NCBI GenBank assembly: GCA_976551045.1
Contig: CDPCPM010000078.1
Coordinates: 4,526,001 to 4,590,000, forward strand
Source of the DNA: Glaucostegus cemiculus
Taxonomy: Eukaryota
Length of the DNA stretch: 64,000 nt
Reading direction: 5' to 3'
A program made the translations under genes and the position numbers. Within the stretch, counting starts at the first letter, position 1; the number at the start of each line of letters is the position of its first letter. Below the pieces are notes generated by a model. It searched no databases, was not told where the DNA came from, and saw only the letters and a program-made list of their open reading frames with translations. Positions 1 through 11,645 of the stretch are shown piece after piece.

Positions 1-1338
1 CTGTCCCGCCCCCACATTCATTCAGCGACCACCCCAGCCGCAGGCGTCGACTACACTGCGCTGGTGCGAGTGCAGCAGGCAGATGACGAGATCCTGGCAT
101 ACCGCACCGCGCTCTCGGGACTCCGGCTGGAAGATGTTCCTGTTGGCCCTACGGCGATCCAGCCCCTGTGTGACACGTCTACTAGCAGACCCCGGCCGGT
201 GGTGCCAGCAGCGTGGAGACGACAGGTTTTCGACGCCCTGCATAGCCTGGCCCACCCGTCCATCAGGGCGACTATCAGGATGGTGGCAGAAAAATTCGTA
301 TGGCATGGTCTACGCAAGCAGGTGGGGCACTGGGCCAGAACCTGCGTTCACTGTCAGACGGCCAAGGTCCAGCGGCACGTGAAGGCTCCCCTCCAGCATT
401 TTCAGCCAACGCTTGGCAGGTTCCAGCACATTCACGTGGACATCGTCGGACCACTGCCAGTTTCCCGGGGCGCCGGGTACATTTTCACTGTGGTGGACAG
501 GTTCACCAGGTGGCCAGAGGCAGTGCCACTGGCAGACACGTCCACCGTGTCCTGTGCCAGAGCCCTCATTGCCCACTGGATTGCCCGGTTTGGCCTCCCA
601 GCGGATGTTACCTCTGACCGAGGGGCGCAGTTCACGTCCGGCTTGTGGACGGCACTGGCGCAGCTCCTGGGTTCCGACCTGCATCACACCATGGCATACC
701 ACCCGCAGGCCAATGGTTTGGTGGAGCGTTTCCACCGGCACCTCAAGTCCATCCTGATGGCTCGCATGCAGGGACCTAACTGGACAGACGAGCTCCCCTG
801 AGTCCTGCTGGGCATCCGTACGGCCCCCAAGGAAGATTTGGGCACCTCCTCAGCCGAGCTGGTCTACGGTTCCCCCCTCACGGTACCGGGCGAGTTCGTA
901 CCAGGGGCTCAGGACCCAGTAGGGACCCCGGCGGAAGTGTTAGCAAAGCTGCGGGCCAAGGTGGGGACCTTGGCACCGCTCCCGGCCTCCAGGCACGGCA
1001 CAGCACCTTCTTTTGTTCCGAAGGACCTCCAGGGCTGTGAGTACGTTTTCATCCACCGGGGAGCACATGGATCGCCCCTGCAGAAGCCGTACGAGGGGCC
1101 TTTCCGGGTTGTCCGGCTCAGTGGTTCAACATATGTCACCGAGGTTGGGGGTCGTGAGCAGACTTTCACAGTGGACCGCCTGAAGCCGGCACATCTGGAC
1201 ATTGCACACCCGGTCAGGGTGCCTTCGCCACGCCGGTGGGGTAGGCCTCCCAAGCTGGGCGACCGGGTTGATGGCCCCGTGCCTCTGCTGGGCGTTTCTG
1301 GGGGGGGTGGTGTAGCGACTCACGCTGTCGGGTTCTGA
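1..1338 (+). pseudogene. Gypsy pol C-terminus (RNase H end plus integrase), interrupted by one in-frame TGA at 799-801
   Basis: Frame 1 is open from base 1 (LSRP...). HHCC zinc finger (HSLAH...CVHC); DDE core (HVDIVGPLP, TSDRGAQF, NGLVERFHR); GPY/F motif (KPYEGPFRV). ORFs 64-801 and 838-1338 share one frame. WTDELP*VLLG has the stop where W is expected. Confidence 0.92.
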
Positions 1339-1545
1339 AACGCCGTCAGCCGTCGCGGGGAAACGGGCGAGTTCCCGCGATAGTGCCGGAAGGCGGGACT
1401 TCCGGCGGGAGTATGACGTCACTTCCGCCGGCCATGTTTTTTGTAGTTCGGGATATGCGCGGCTTTTGGTAAGTTATTAAAAACGTGCTCGATCGAGTCT
1501 CCGTGTCCTCGTGTTCTTTTAAGTCGCACCCTGCTGGCTGCTACA
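1311..1545 (+). repeat. 3' LTR (235 bp) of the Gypsy element
   Basis: Starts TGTAGC right after the PPT and ends GCTACA (6-bp terminal inverted repeat). ATTAAA at 1476-1481. Sharp return to AT-rich DNA afterwards. Confidence 0.9.
1385..1438. promoter_or_regulatory. Putative LTR U3 promoter motif cluster (ETS x3, CRE, YY1-like)
   Basis: GCCGGAAG 1385-1392 and CTTCCGGC 1399-1406 form an inverted ETS pair. TGACGTCACTTCCG at 1414-1427 is a CRE overlapping an ETS site. GCCATGTT at 1431-1438 is YY1-like. Motif match only. Confidence 0.5.
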
Positions 1546-2362
1546 GCAGCCTAATTGATTCATTCCCCAAAGTTGCTTGAATGCTAGCTGACTGAACAGT
1601 CATGGAAGGTAGATACTTGTGCTCCCATACACTTCCACCCATACAGACACTTTATAGCATGGTGTAACTGGTCAGGAATGGGGATCTGAACGATTGATCT
1701 AACCCAGGGAATCTACTTTTCACATTCTAGTCTTCAGCATTACCATTCATCAGACAAGATGCCTATCACCCTTGTAAAAATGTAGCCTTGATGCTGAATC
1801 TGGCCACTTTTCCCAGCACAGCCGAATACAATATGAATCCTTAAGTGATAATAAAAAGCATCTGGGAATTTTTCTGATGGGATTAATTCTGCTTCAGATA
1901 TTTACTCAAAAGTTGCACTTGCACTTAGTTTGCAGGCTGATAACATTCTAATGGCATTTGAACTGGGTTTGATTTCCATTTTTGGGGCTTTAAGTACCAA
2001 GTGACAGGTACTGGTACTTGCATTGCTGACCCATTTTTAGTGACAGTCAATCACCACTCCCAGCACAGCCAAGTTTTGCTTGGTATGTTTGCTCTATAAC
2101 TTTGTCTACTGGCTGCTGTTAAAAACTCGAAAGGTACACATCTCAGCCTCAGGATTTCACCCAATCACTTATGTCATTACATAGTAATTGTTAGGATCTC
2201 AGTTCATTCATACATGAGAGCTTGGGTGATGCTACCTTTACACATTAGATCCCTTCTTTCTTCTGTTGCTTACATGAGGACTTCCACATCTATCTCCCAG
2301 TATTTCAGAGATCCCCACAGTCATTACCTTCTGTGTGTTCCATTGTGAAGTTTACACCACTT

Positions 2363-2725
2363 GTGGCACAGTGACACAACTGGTAGAGTTGCTGCCTCCT
2401 GGCTCCACAACCTGGGTTCAGTCCTAATGTCCAGTGCTGTCTCCATGGAGTTTGCAAGTTCTCCCTCTGATTGTGTGTGTTTCCTCTGGGTGCTCTGATC
2501 TCCTCTCACGTTCAAATGTGTGGGTAATGACCAATGTAAATTAACCCTAGTGGGTTGATGTGTGGTAGAAGATGAGTTGGAGAGCCAGGGATGAAATTAA
2601 TGGAAATGTGGGGAGAAATGGGTTAGTATAGGATTGATGTAACTATGAGTGCTTTGATTGATGGTTGCCGTGAACTCCATGGGCCAAAAGGGCCTGTTTC
2701 TGCGCTGTATCTTTCTATCACTCTG
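2363..2725 (+). mobile_element. Old tRNA-derived V-SINE (HE1-like) with CR1-type tail
   Basis: tRNA-like head (gtggcacagtg...ggttcagtcc); V-domain-like core (gtttcctctgggtgctc); tail atgggccaaaagggcctgtttctgcgctgtat. Confidence 0.75.
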
Positions 2726-3519
2726 ATTAGTGATGTTGGAATGCCCTGTTAAAGGCTGTACCCGACTAGTTAGGCTGCTGGACAAATGGACAATAGGTGT
2801 TTGATATTGGAACAGTGGCACTGTTTTATACAGCTGTTTGTCAAACAAGGCAGCATTTGACATTGCAAACAGCGCACCATGATTTTTAAATCCTGGCAAC
2901 TGGATATTGTGATGGAAGTGGTACCTCCATAATTAGCACATTCAAGCATGCTACAATGTTTTAATGATGTTTCTTCAACTATATTCAATATCTTGTCCTC
3001 TGTTTCCTTAAATAAATCCCTAAAGGCCAATTATGGGATGAGCACAGTTGGAGAGCTTTGAATGGAATTACTGGACTATTGAAAACCTTTTCTGTCAACT
3101 CACCCAAATACTTTGCAGTTCCATTCATAATGTGAATAGTTAACTTGCCTCATTTCCAAATTAAAATATTTGTTTTTTCATTTGCTGTTCCAAGTTAAAA
3201 TAACTGGCAGTCTTAAGGCTTGGAACCCTCAGATGAAATTACAGACTAGAGAGATATTGTGTTTGATGGTTCAGATAATTGAAGAGGTATTTCAACGTGT
3301 TGATTCAGTTTAGTTGAATCTTTTATTTCTCTCTGGCCCTCAAGAGACAAGACCAACAACACACTATATTCAATGTTCGTTCTGTTTCTCTAGTCCATGA
3401 TCTATGTAACTAATTCTTGCATGCTTCAATTAACTTGAATAGACTAGTTTCTACACTAACGAAATAACTTATTGCCCCTAACATTTCAGATCCCTTCCAT
3501 CCAACTTCCCTAAAACTTA

Positions 3520-3680
3520 ATGCTAACTTGCTTTTCTCTCTTTCCCAGTTCTGGCAAAGGGTCCTCAACCTGATGTATTAACTCTCTTTCTCTTTCTTCA
3601 GCTGCTGTCTGATCTGCTGAGTGTTACTAGTATATTCTGATTTTATTTCAGACTTTCAGCATCTGCAGTTTTTTTTTCAT
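3520..3680 (+). mobile_element. Short Penelope-derived terminal repeat with decayed hammerhead motif
   Basis: agtt-ctggcaa-agggtcctcaacct-ga...ttaact followed by gctgtctgatctgctgag...cagcatctgcag, similar to the end of the Penelope arm at 21500-21639. Confidence 0.6.
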
Positions 3681-3974
3681 TTTTTGTTAATCCACAGAAG
3701 CACAAGGGTACTTTGAATGACTATTTGAAGGGTGCCCAAAACAAATTGTGGGTAGATCATTACAAGCAGGACACTGTGATCTTGAGGAAGCTAAAATGGC
3801 ATGGGAGGAAGCTCAAAATGGATGGAGGTTAGCATTCTTTCTGTCATTACAAAAAAACTTTGTAAATTGAGGACTGACACTCTAAAGAGTCAGTGGTGTA
3901 TCAGCAAAAATTAGGAAACTGGATTTTCGTTAAGTGAGTAGTACTTGCACCAGCTCTTCCATTCTTCCCAATTA

Positions 3975-4235
3975 TGGCTTTAAGGTATTGGGTGGAAAGT
4001 TCAGGGGAGATGTCAGAGGGAAGTTTTTCACCCAGAGAGCGGTTGGCGCATGAGCTGCCTGAGGTGGTGGTGGAGGCAGATACGTTGGACAGCTTCAAGA
4101 GATTGTTAGATAGGCATATGGAGGAATGTGGAATAGAGGGATATGTGGGAGGAAAGAGTTAGATCGTGTGAGGTTTGAAGGACAGTACAACTTGGTGGGC
4201 CGAAGGGCCTGTTTTGTGCTGTATTGTTCTATGGT
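3975..4235 (+). mobile_element. CR1-clade LINE 3' end
   Basis: LPEVVVEADTLDSFKRLLDRHM ORF2 C-terminus; tail gtgggccgaagggcctgttttgtgctgtattgttctatg. Confidence 0.85.
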
Positions 4236-5424
4236 TTTATGCCCCATCATTCTCTGAAAACCAGATTTCTGTTGGGATATTTCAGCATCTGTGACTTGGT
4301 CCTCTCAGACCACATGGTGACAACGTATCATGGGCTAGAAATTCTGGTGGATGCAAATGAGTGCATTGGATGGGTGTTGCAATGGGGAGCAGCTGAATAT
4401 TATTTGCATATTATTGTATGGGAGTTTGAGACTAAGGCTGGATAATGTAGGGGTAGTGACTTTATACCTGTTGTGGGCTTTTCAGTGGTGGGGCGTAAGG
4501 AAGAGATGATTGGCATGTGTATTGTGGTTGAGATGGCAGATGGTGGTGTGGGGAGGAATGATTGCAGCCTGTGGTGCAGTGAGGAATGATGAAACAATGT
4601 TGACTTGCTGTAACATGAACAGAAGGGAGTATATTTCCAAAATATTCTAAGCTAGTAAATCACAAAGCTGAATGAAATAGACAGGTGTATTAATCATTCT
4701 GCACTCACATGACCAGTGAGTGGTTTCAGCTTCTGGCAGCAGTGGTTGATGCATAGGTTTCATTATTGCCCTGATTCTCTTTGGCTTCAGCACAGCAGCA
4801 CTTGCTGATGGAGCTACATTGTGCTGTGGATGTGTGGTACAGTAGCTGTTGAGCTGAGGTGAAGCTGCAGCCCTGAGATGGTGACATAGGGGAGGAGAAT
4901 AATAATAGAGAAACATTCCAAGCCACAAGAAGCAGCCAACACTGCAATGTGATTTTCCACAAAACAGCAGTTTATTTTGCAGAATCAGTTGTTTTATTGT
5001 AATAAATTAGTGCTGCCAGATCATTCAAATTTACAGCAGTTTGGTTTTCTCCATAAGTTATTCTTATCCGTACAAAGCCTCTCAACCCTGAAATGCTTTT
5101 GTACAGTAATATTAAAACTTGCATATCGAGCAACTGATAAATATAATAAATCAGAGCACAGATTTTTTTAATAAACAGTATTAGTTGTAAGGGCGATGTG
5201 CATGAGTTACTTAGAGTCCTGAAAAATGTAAATAGATCCTCAATTAGATTTCCAAAACTGAAGATGGTGGACATATACTGCAGGTCAACCAGCAGTGCTT
5301 CAGAGTTGTTCCTGTTTACCTTCTCTGTTGAAGGGCATTCACTTGAAGCAGCAACCTATCTTTTCACTTTACACAGTCCAACTTGCTTATTTTAAGTCTA
5401 TTTTCAGCTTTTTACCTTACAACA

Positions 5425-6230
5425 TTAAAAGTTGCTGGAAAAACTCAGCAGGTCAGGCAGCATCTGTGGAAGGAGAAACAGTTAGAACCAACTGCCCTCA
5501 TTGGGCCATTTGGACTCAGTCTATTAGAGACATTCCCCTTGTGCTATACATCCTTCCTGCACCTTCTCTCTAACCGAAAACTAACTTGCATTTCTCTTTT
5601 ACCTGGTTGTATTGAAGGGTCGCAGACCTGAAACGTTAACTGTTTCTATTTCCACAGAGGTTGCCTGACCACAGAATCAGAATCAGGTTTATTATCACTG
5701 ACATATATCACAAAATTTGTTGTTTTGTGGCAGCAGTACAGTGCAAGACATAAAGACATAAAAATTACTATAAAAGTTACAAAAATAAATAAATAGTGTC
5801 AAAAAGGAATAACGAGGTAGTATTCATGGGTTCATGGACTGTTGAAAAATCTGATGGTGGAGGGGAAGAAGCTGTTCCTAAATCACTGAGTATGTGTCTT
5901 CAGGCTCCTGTACCTCTTCCCTGATGGTAGTAAAGTGAAGAGGGCATGTCCCGGATGGTGAGGGTCCTTAGTGATGGATGCCACCTTTTTGAGGCACTGC
6001 CTCTTGAAGATTTCCTCAGAGGTGGGGAGGGTTGTGCCCGTGATGGACTGGCTGAGTCTACAACCCTCTGAAGCCTCTTTTCATCCTGTACATTGGAACC
6101 TCCATACCAGGCAGTGATGCAATCTGTCAGAATGCTCTCCACTGTACATCTATAGGAATTTGCAACAGTTCTGCTGATTTTGTCCAGCATTTTCTGTTTT
6201 TATTTCGGGTTTCCAGCTCCTGTAGTGTTT
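5425..6230. mobile_element. Miniature inverted Penelope-type hammerhead element (minus arm ~5425-5485; plus arm ~5530-5670 resuming 6171-6230), split by a Rex1 insertion
   Basis: gctggaaaaactcagcaggtcaggcagcatctgtgga is the reverse complement of the plus arm tccacagaggttgcctgacc//ctgctga...tccagcatttt. Hammerhead remnant GGGTCgcaGACCT-GAAACGTT-AACT at 5617-5641. Confidence 0.65.
5673..6170 (-). mobile_element. Rex1/Babar-type LINE 3' fragment
   Basis: YRCTVESILTDCITAWYG...KRLQRVV (DUF1891-like C-terminus); AATAAA plus (TGATTC)n tail on the minus strand. Confidence 0.85.
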
Positions 6231-6417
6231 TTTTTATTTTCAACGTCAAAAATTGATTTTATGCATATAATTACCCTCCACTAACTGCATTCTTCTGGGA
6301 AAATTACCCTGCTTTTATTGGGAGAAGTTGTTTTTGTTTCCACCACTCTTTAAATAGACTTTGTTTACTGCTTAAAAGAGTCAGTGTACTGTTCAATAGA
6401 TTACTATGAGTTCCATA

Positions 6418-6540
6418 AAACATAGAACATTACAGCACAGTACAGGCCCTTTGGCCCACAATGTGGTGCCAACATTTTATCCTGTTCTATCTAACCCTTC
6501 CCTCCTATATAGCCTTGCAATTCTCTATCATTCATATGTA
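6418..6540 (-). mobile_element. CR1 3' tail fragment
   Basis: catagaacattacagcacagtacaggccctttggcccaca is the reverse complement of the CR1 tail. Confidence 0.7.
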
Positions 6541-6999
6541 CCCTATACCACCTCCTACTGTTATCCATAAATACTCTGAATAAAAGCAGATTATCCATCA
6601 GTTATCCTGCTTATTTCAAGGGCCTTTGGAGGTTTTGCAACAATAACTTCATTCAAACATTTTCTATTAGTTTTAAGTGCTTTTGGGTGTTGGGAAAGTT
6701 AATCTGTATACCTGTGAGTTTTTCATTCCTTTTTTGGCCTGAAACTTGGAAATGCCCAAGGTGACCTTTATTCCCTATTTTTCATTCCCCTCTTGTTATT
6801 TGTCAATGCAGGTCTTGAATTTATGAGCCTGGAAATTATTTCACATCTTACCTGGTGTTAAACCAGCATGAGACACCTGGAGTGTGGCTGGTGAAAATTG
6901 CTCCAAGTGCAGGAACTTCAACTGGATGACTCACGGGACAGCTTTGTCAGGTGTCCCTGTGTAAGCCCACATTGAAACTGACATGGTCATTTTCAGGAC

Positions 7000-7600
7000 A
7001 TCATTCCCCGCTAATGTGTTGCGAGTCCCCACTGTTCATAGTATGAAGCACAACAAGTGCATTCTTTGCTGGCAGCTTCCAAAGGGGCCAGCTGGTTGGG
7101 GGTGTTGCAAATGAATGGGTACTGCAATGGAAGAGTGTGGATTGGGGGGGGGGGGAATATGGGGTTGGTGAAAGGGTGCTGCCAGGATGTCAGAAAAGTA
7201 TGTGCTTTGTGCTTGGGGCTCATGGAAAAACTCCATGGAGTAGCCGGTTACTCTTGGCAGGAAGTTCCCAGGAAAGCATCTGAGGACACATGCCTTGAAT
7301 GATGATGCTTAAATGTCTGATTCCTGCTCGGTCTTCTCCCATGGGCTGAGGGAAGAGTAAACCAAATCTCCTCTCTTTTGGGCATGGAATTTGGGTGACC
7401 TCCCTCACTGAGCAGCAAACTGTTAGCTGCAGCAGAGATCTGCTGCAGTGGCCTGGAATGATCCTGGGGTTAGGAAGCTGAGAGAAACCATGATCCTGAC
7501 TTCCATGAGCAGAGCAGTCCAAGAACATGAGATTGTGAGAAGTCACAGATCTCAACGAGGACAAAGATTGCTTGAGTGTTGACCCTTTAAATAGCATGGT
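7000..7600 (-). mobile_element. Possible highly decayed PIF/Harbinger transposase remnant
   Basis: Minus-strand fragments EICDFSQSHV, CVLRCFPGN and LPLQ...TP appear in the order expected for Harbinger motifs (DLCGISQ, ARYPGS.HD, YPL..WLMTP). Weak. Confidence 0.35.
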
Positions 7601-7616
7601 TTAGGGGAAATAGGTC

Positions 7617-9135
7617 TACCAGGATGCTGCCTGGATTAGAGGGCATGAGTTATAAGGATGACTTCGTGCAGGGCAAGTCATGTCTTTTTTGAGGAGGTGA
7701 CCAAGGTAATAGATGAGTTGGTGTTGATAGATGAGAGATGAGCAGTGGATGTTGTCCACATGGACCTTAGAAAGGCATTTGACAAGGTCCCTCATAGTAG
7801 GGTGATTAGGAAGGTTAAGGTACATGGGATCCATAGTGACTTGATAGTTTGGATTCAGAGTGGACTTGCCCATGAAAGACAGAGGGTAGTGGTGGAAGCA
7901 TGTTATTCTGGCTGGAGGTCTGTGACCAGTGGTGTTCCAGAGGGACTTCTGTTGTTTGTGATGTATCAATGACTTGGATGAAAGTGTGGATGGGTTGGTT
8001 AGTAAATTTGCAGATGACGCAAAAATTGGTGGTGTCGTGGACAGTGAAGACGGTTGTCAGAGGACGTGGCAGGAATTAGATCAGTTACAGATATGGGCAG
8101 AGAAAGGGCAGAAGGAGTTTAATCCAGGCAAGTGTGAGGTGGTGCCCTTTAGATGGTCAAATGTAAGGGGAAAGTGTACAGTCAATGGCAGGATCCCTAA
8201 CAGCATCGATGGACAGAGGGACTTGGGGTCCAAGTCAGTACCTCCCTGAAAGTGCAACGCAGGTAGATAGCGTGGTAAAGAAGGCATATGACAGACTTGC
8301 CTTTATTGCCAGGAGCATAGGGTATAAGAGTCAGAAAGTCATGACACAGTGGCACAATAGCGTAGTGGTTAGCGTGACGCTGTTACAGCGCCAGTGATCG
8401 GGGTTCGATTCCCGTCGTTGACTGTAAGGAGTTTGTACGTCCTCCCGTGTCTGCGTGGGTTTCCTCCAGGTGCTCTGGTTTCCTCCCACATTCTGAAAGA
8501 CGTACGGGTAGGTTAATTTGGGGGTTTAAAATGGGCGGCGCGGACTTGTTGGGCCGAAAGGGCCTGTTAATAAAATTTAAAAAAAAAATTTTGGTTAGGC
8601 CACACTTGGAGTATTGTGTGCGATTCTGGTTGCCCCATTACAGGAAGAATGTGGAAGCTTTGGAAAGGGTGCACAAGAGGTTTACCAGGATGCTGCCTGG
8701 ATTAGAGGGTGTGAGTTATAATGAAAGGTTGGACAAACTTGGATTGTTTTCTCTAGAGCATCAGAGGATAACAGGAGACCTGATAGAAGTTTTTCAACTT
8801 ATGGGAGGCATAGATAGGGTAGACAGCCAGAATCTCTTTCCCAGGATAGAAATGTTGAATACTACAGGTCAAAGCTTTAAGGTGAGAGGGGGAAAGTTTA
8901 AAGGGGCAAATTTTTTACACAGAGAGTGGTAGATGCCTGGAATGTGCTGCCGGGTGTGGTGGAGGCAGGTAAAATAGAGATGTTGAAGAGGCTTTTAGAT
9001 AGGCACATGAATATGCAGGGAATGGGGGGATATGGATCATGTGCAAGCAGAAGGGGTTAGTTTAATTTGGCATTATGCTCCATACAGTCACCATGGGACG
9101 AAGGGCCTGTTCCTTTTCTATGTCCTGTATTCTAT
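7617..9135 (+). mobile_element. CR1-clade LINE, 5'-truncated (RT to 3' end), with nested SINE
   Basis: DLRKAFDKVPH, VTSGVPEG, SKFADDAKIGG, VRPHLEYCVRFW, RFTRMLPGL; frameshifted; CR1 tail near 9095-9135. Confidence 0.92.
8349..8588 (+). mobile_element. Young V-SINE (HE1-like) nested in CR1
   Basis: A/B-box head (tagcgtagtggttagcg...ggttcgattccc); V core (gggtttcctccaggtgctctggtttcctcccaca); tail gggccgaaagggcctgtt. Interrupts CR1 ORF2. Confidence 0.88.
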
Positions 9136-9594
9136 GTTTCCTGTTCTGTGAAATAGTGTTGGTTGATCTAAGAGTGAACAAGCACAGTGATTTTTTTCAG
9201 GGCTGAACTCCCTGTGTTGCACTACCTTCAAGGCCATTGGGGGGAGGGGCAGTGTGGAAATGCTACATCTGTAAAGAAGTGCCATGGAATGAGAATGAGG
9301 AAAATAATTTGCCGATGGGTGTTAACACGTGCAAAATTGGTCTTCTCCAGGTTTAGCTGATTTATTTTCAATTCCACAGCGTTATTTCCTTTGGAGTCAC
9401 ACAAATGAATTTCTAGCCCATGTTCTCTTGAAGGGGCCCTGGGGATTTTGAAAATGGAGCCCTTCAGTACTTTTGCCCCTTGGTGCTCTGTTTCTTGGTT
9501 TCCATTTGGTCATTTGAAGTACCGAACTGATTCCAAGCATTTGCTTGCAAATTCTGCTTTTGGATTGTGGGCAGGAATAATTATACATTATTGT

Positions 9595-9860
9595 GGGGCG
9601 GCATGATAACGTAGCGGTTAGTGCGACGCTGTTACAGCGCCAGCGATCGGGGTTCAATTCCCGTCACTGACTGTAAGGAGTTTGTACATTCTCCTGTGTC
9701 TGCGTGGGTTTCCTCCGGGTGCTCGGGTTTCCTCCCACATTCTGAAAGATGTACGGGTAGGTTAATTTGGGGGTTTAAAGTGGGCGGCGCGGATTCGTTG
9801 GGCTGAAAGGGCCTGTTACCATGCTGTAAACAAAATTCTTAAAAATTTATTTTAAAATAT
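9595..9860 (+). mobile_element. Young V-SINE, same subfamily as 8349-8588
   Basis: Colinear and highly similar to 8349-8588; retains CpGs. Confidence 0.88.
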
Positions 9861-10224
9861 TTCAGCACTTACCAATGGTATTAAGCTCAAAACCGTAAAA
9901 GGAAATGTTAGCTGTTTCTCTCTCCACAGATACAGTTGACTTGCTAACAGTTGCTCTCCTTCTGTACTGTAAAGGTTGTAGAGCTGGCTGGTAGAAAGCC
10001 TCCCTTGTGGCAGGTGGGCCATATTTTGGATCCTCCTGAGAGTAACATCTGCCCATTTACATCAAAGTTCACCGTCTTCTTGTGATCCTTACTGGTGAAT
10101 TCATCTTCCCATCAAAGAAATTTTATGATGAATGGGTGTGTTCACTTCTTGGATACAATTTCAGTTCTAGAACCCAATTACAGCTGTGGCCATTTCCAAT
10201 TTAAGGATAATTATTAAAAGATCT

Positions 10225-10315
10225 TTGATCTGAAACCTGAAATGTTAGCTCTACTTCTCTCTCCATTGATGCTGCCTGACCTACTGGGTGTTTCCAACTT
10301 TTTCTGGTGTTATTA
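10225..10315 (+). mobile_element. Short Penelope/hammerhead-type terminal fragment
   Basis: cctgaaatgttagctct...gatgctgcctgacctactgggtgtttccaac. Confidence 0.55.
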
Positions 10316-11194
10316 TTGAGGGTAATGTAGACTGAGTGTCAGTAACGGTTCTGGCCAACAATGCACACCAAATGAAACCACTTGAATGTTCCCTGTTTTG
10401 TCAAAATGATGAAACAGAAGTGTTCTTTATATCATTAGACACAAACCATTTTTTAAAAAGAGCAACTTCAATTAATCTGTTTTCTTAATAATTTAACATA
10501 ATTTTATTCATCTCTCAGCCAGTGCAAAACGTTGGTGAGTTAAGAAAATATGGCAGGCACCCATAGGTTAGATTTGAAAAATAATGAATCCCCAAAGATG
10601 CAAATACGACTAAACTTTACAGGAAAGTCAAATTATTAAATTTTTCCCCACTATCTCTGATTTCATGCTAAAGTACAGATCCTTCCTGGATGAATTCTGG
10701 AGCATACTTTGTTCTAGTAGATATTATTCATGTGTGAGTCCACAAAGGAGAGTGTTGGTAGGATATTCCACTCTGGAGCATTACAACCAGGCCTAATCCT
10801 GTCCTCTGTCACCTTTCACAGACTTTCTCCCTCAATGATCACTGCATGGGACCGAACATGTGGACGAGAAGAGTTCCATGCTCATTTCTGCCCCACCCAA
10901 ACCTCCACAAAAATGAGAACACCAAGTCCAAGTTTTTTGCTCTATTAATCTTTGCATCTGCAGGAAATGTGTAAGACTTTCCACTCTGTTTAATACCAAC
11001 CCAAGCATGCACTTAGAGCAAAAGCTGTCAGAAAACGATGTTAAAACCTTCAAAAGGAAAGCTGTTTCATTGAGTTTTGCTCATTTCTGATGTTTACTGT
11101 TTATATATTCAAATGAAACTAATTCAGTATGTCAAGGGTTAAGTAATAATAACCCATCAATGCAAGCCTTTGTGCTGCATGTGAAATTAGGTTG

Positions 11195-11645
11195 CATAAG
11201 AAATAGAAGCAGACTAGGCCATCAGCCCCACAACTGCTCCACTGTTCAGTGAGATCTTGTCTGATCTTTTATCACTGTATCAGTTTGCTGCACTGCTCCT
11301 GATTCCCTAAATTTTTAAACATTTATCAATCTCTGTCTTGAATATGCTCAGTGACAGAGCCTCCATAACTCTCTTGGGTAGCGAACTCTCTGGGTGAAGA
11401 AATTTCTTCTCTTGTGTGTCCTGAGATGCAGACCTTTTCTTTGCGATGGGTTCCCCTGGTTAAAGGCAGTCCAGCAGTTCTGTCAAAGCTACATCAACTC
11501 TGTATCTGCCCTGCCAAGCCCCAGAATAATTTTGTCTGTTTCAACAAGATCACTTCTCATTCTTGAACTCGAGAGCTTGGGTGCCGTCTGTTTAATTTTT
11601 CCTCATATGTAAAACCTGTCATTCCAGGAATAAATCCGGGATCTT
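11195..11645 (-). mobile_element. Old CR1 3' fragment
   Basis: cataagaaatagaagcag...ggccatcagccc tail, followed by degenerate ORF2 C-terminal sequence. Confidence 0.65.

Larger units (their letters stand above)
1..1545 (+). mobile_element. Gypsy/Ty3 LTR retrotransposon, 3' part (end of pol, PPT, 3' LTR); continues left of the window
   Basis: Integrase ORF, then a G-rich PPT at 1300-1310, then a TG...CA-bounded LTR. GC- and CpG-rich compared with the flanking DNA. Confidence 0.95.

Noticed and set aside
799-801. Programmed read-through or selenocysteine at the integrase TGA
   Set aside because: It falls on a Trp position inside integrase; a single G-to-A mutation is the simpler explanation.
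22-1422. Overlapping alternative-frame and antisense ORFs over the integrase
   Set aside because: Expected by-products of GC-rich coding DNA; no recognisable motifs.
8349-8420. tRNA genes at SINE heads (also 9595, 52020, 54905)
   Set aside because: A/B boxes are present but run straight into SINE bodies; no complete cloverleaf.
8447-8932. 161-aa ORF
   Set aside because: Chance fusion of a SINE body to CR1 ORF2.
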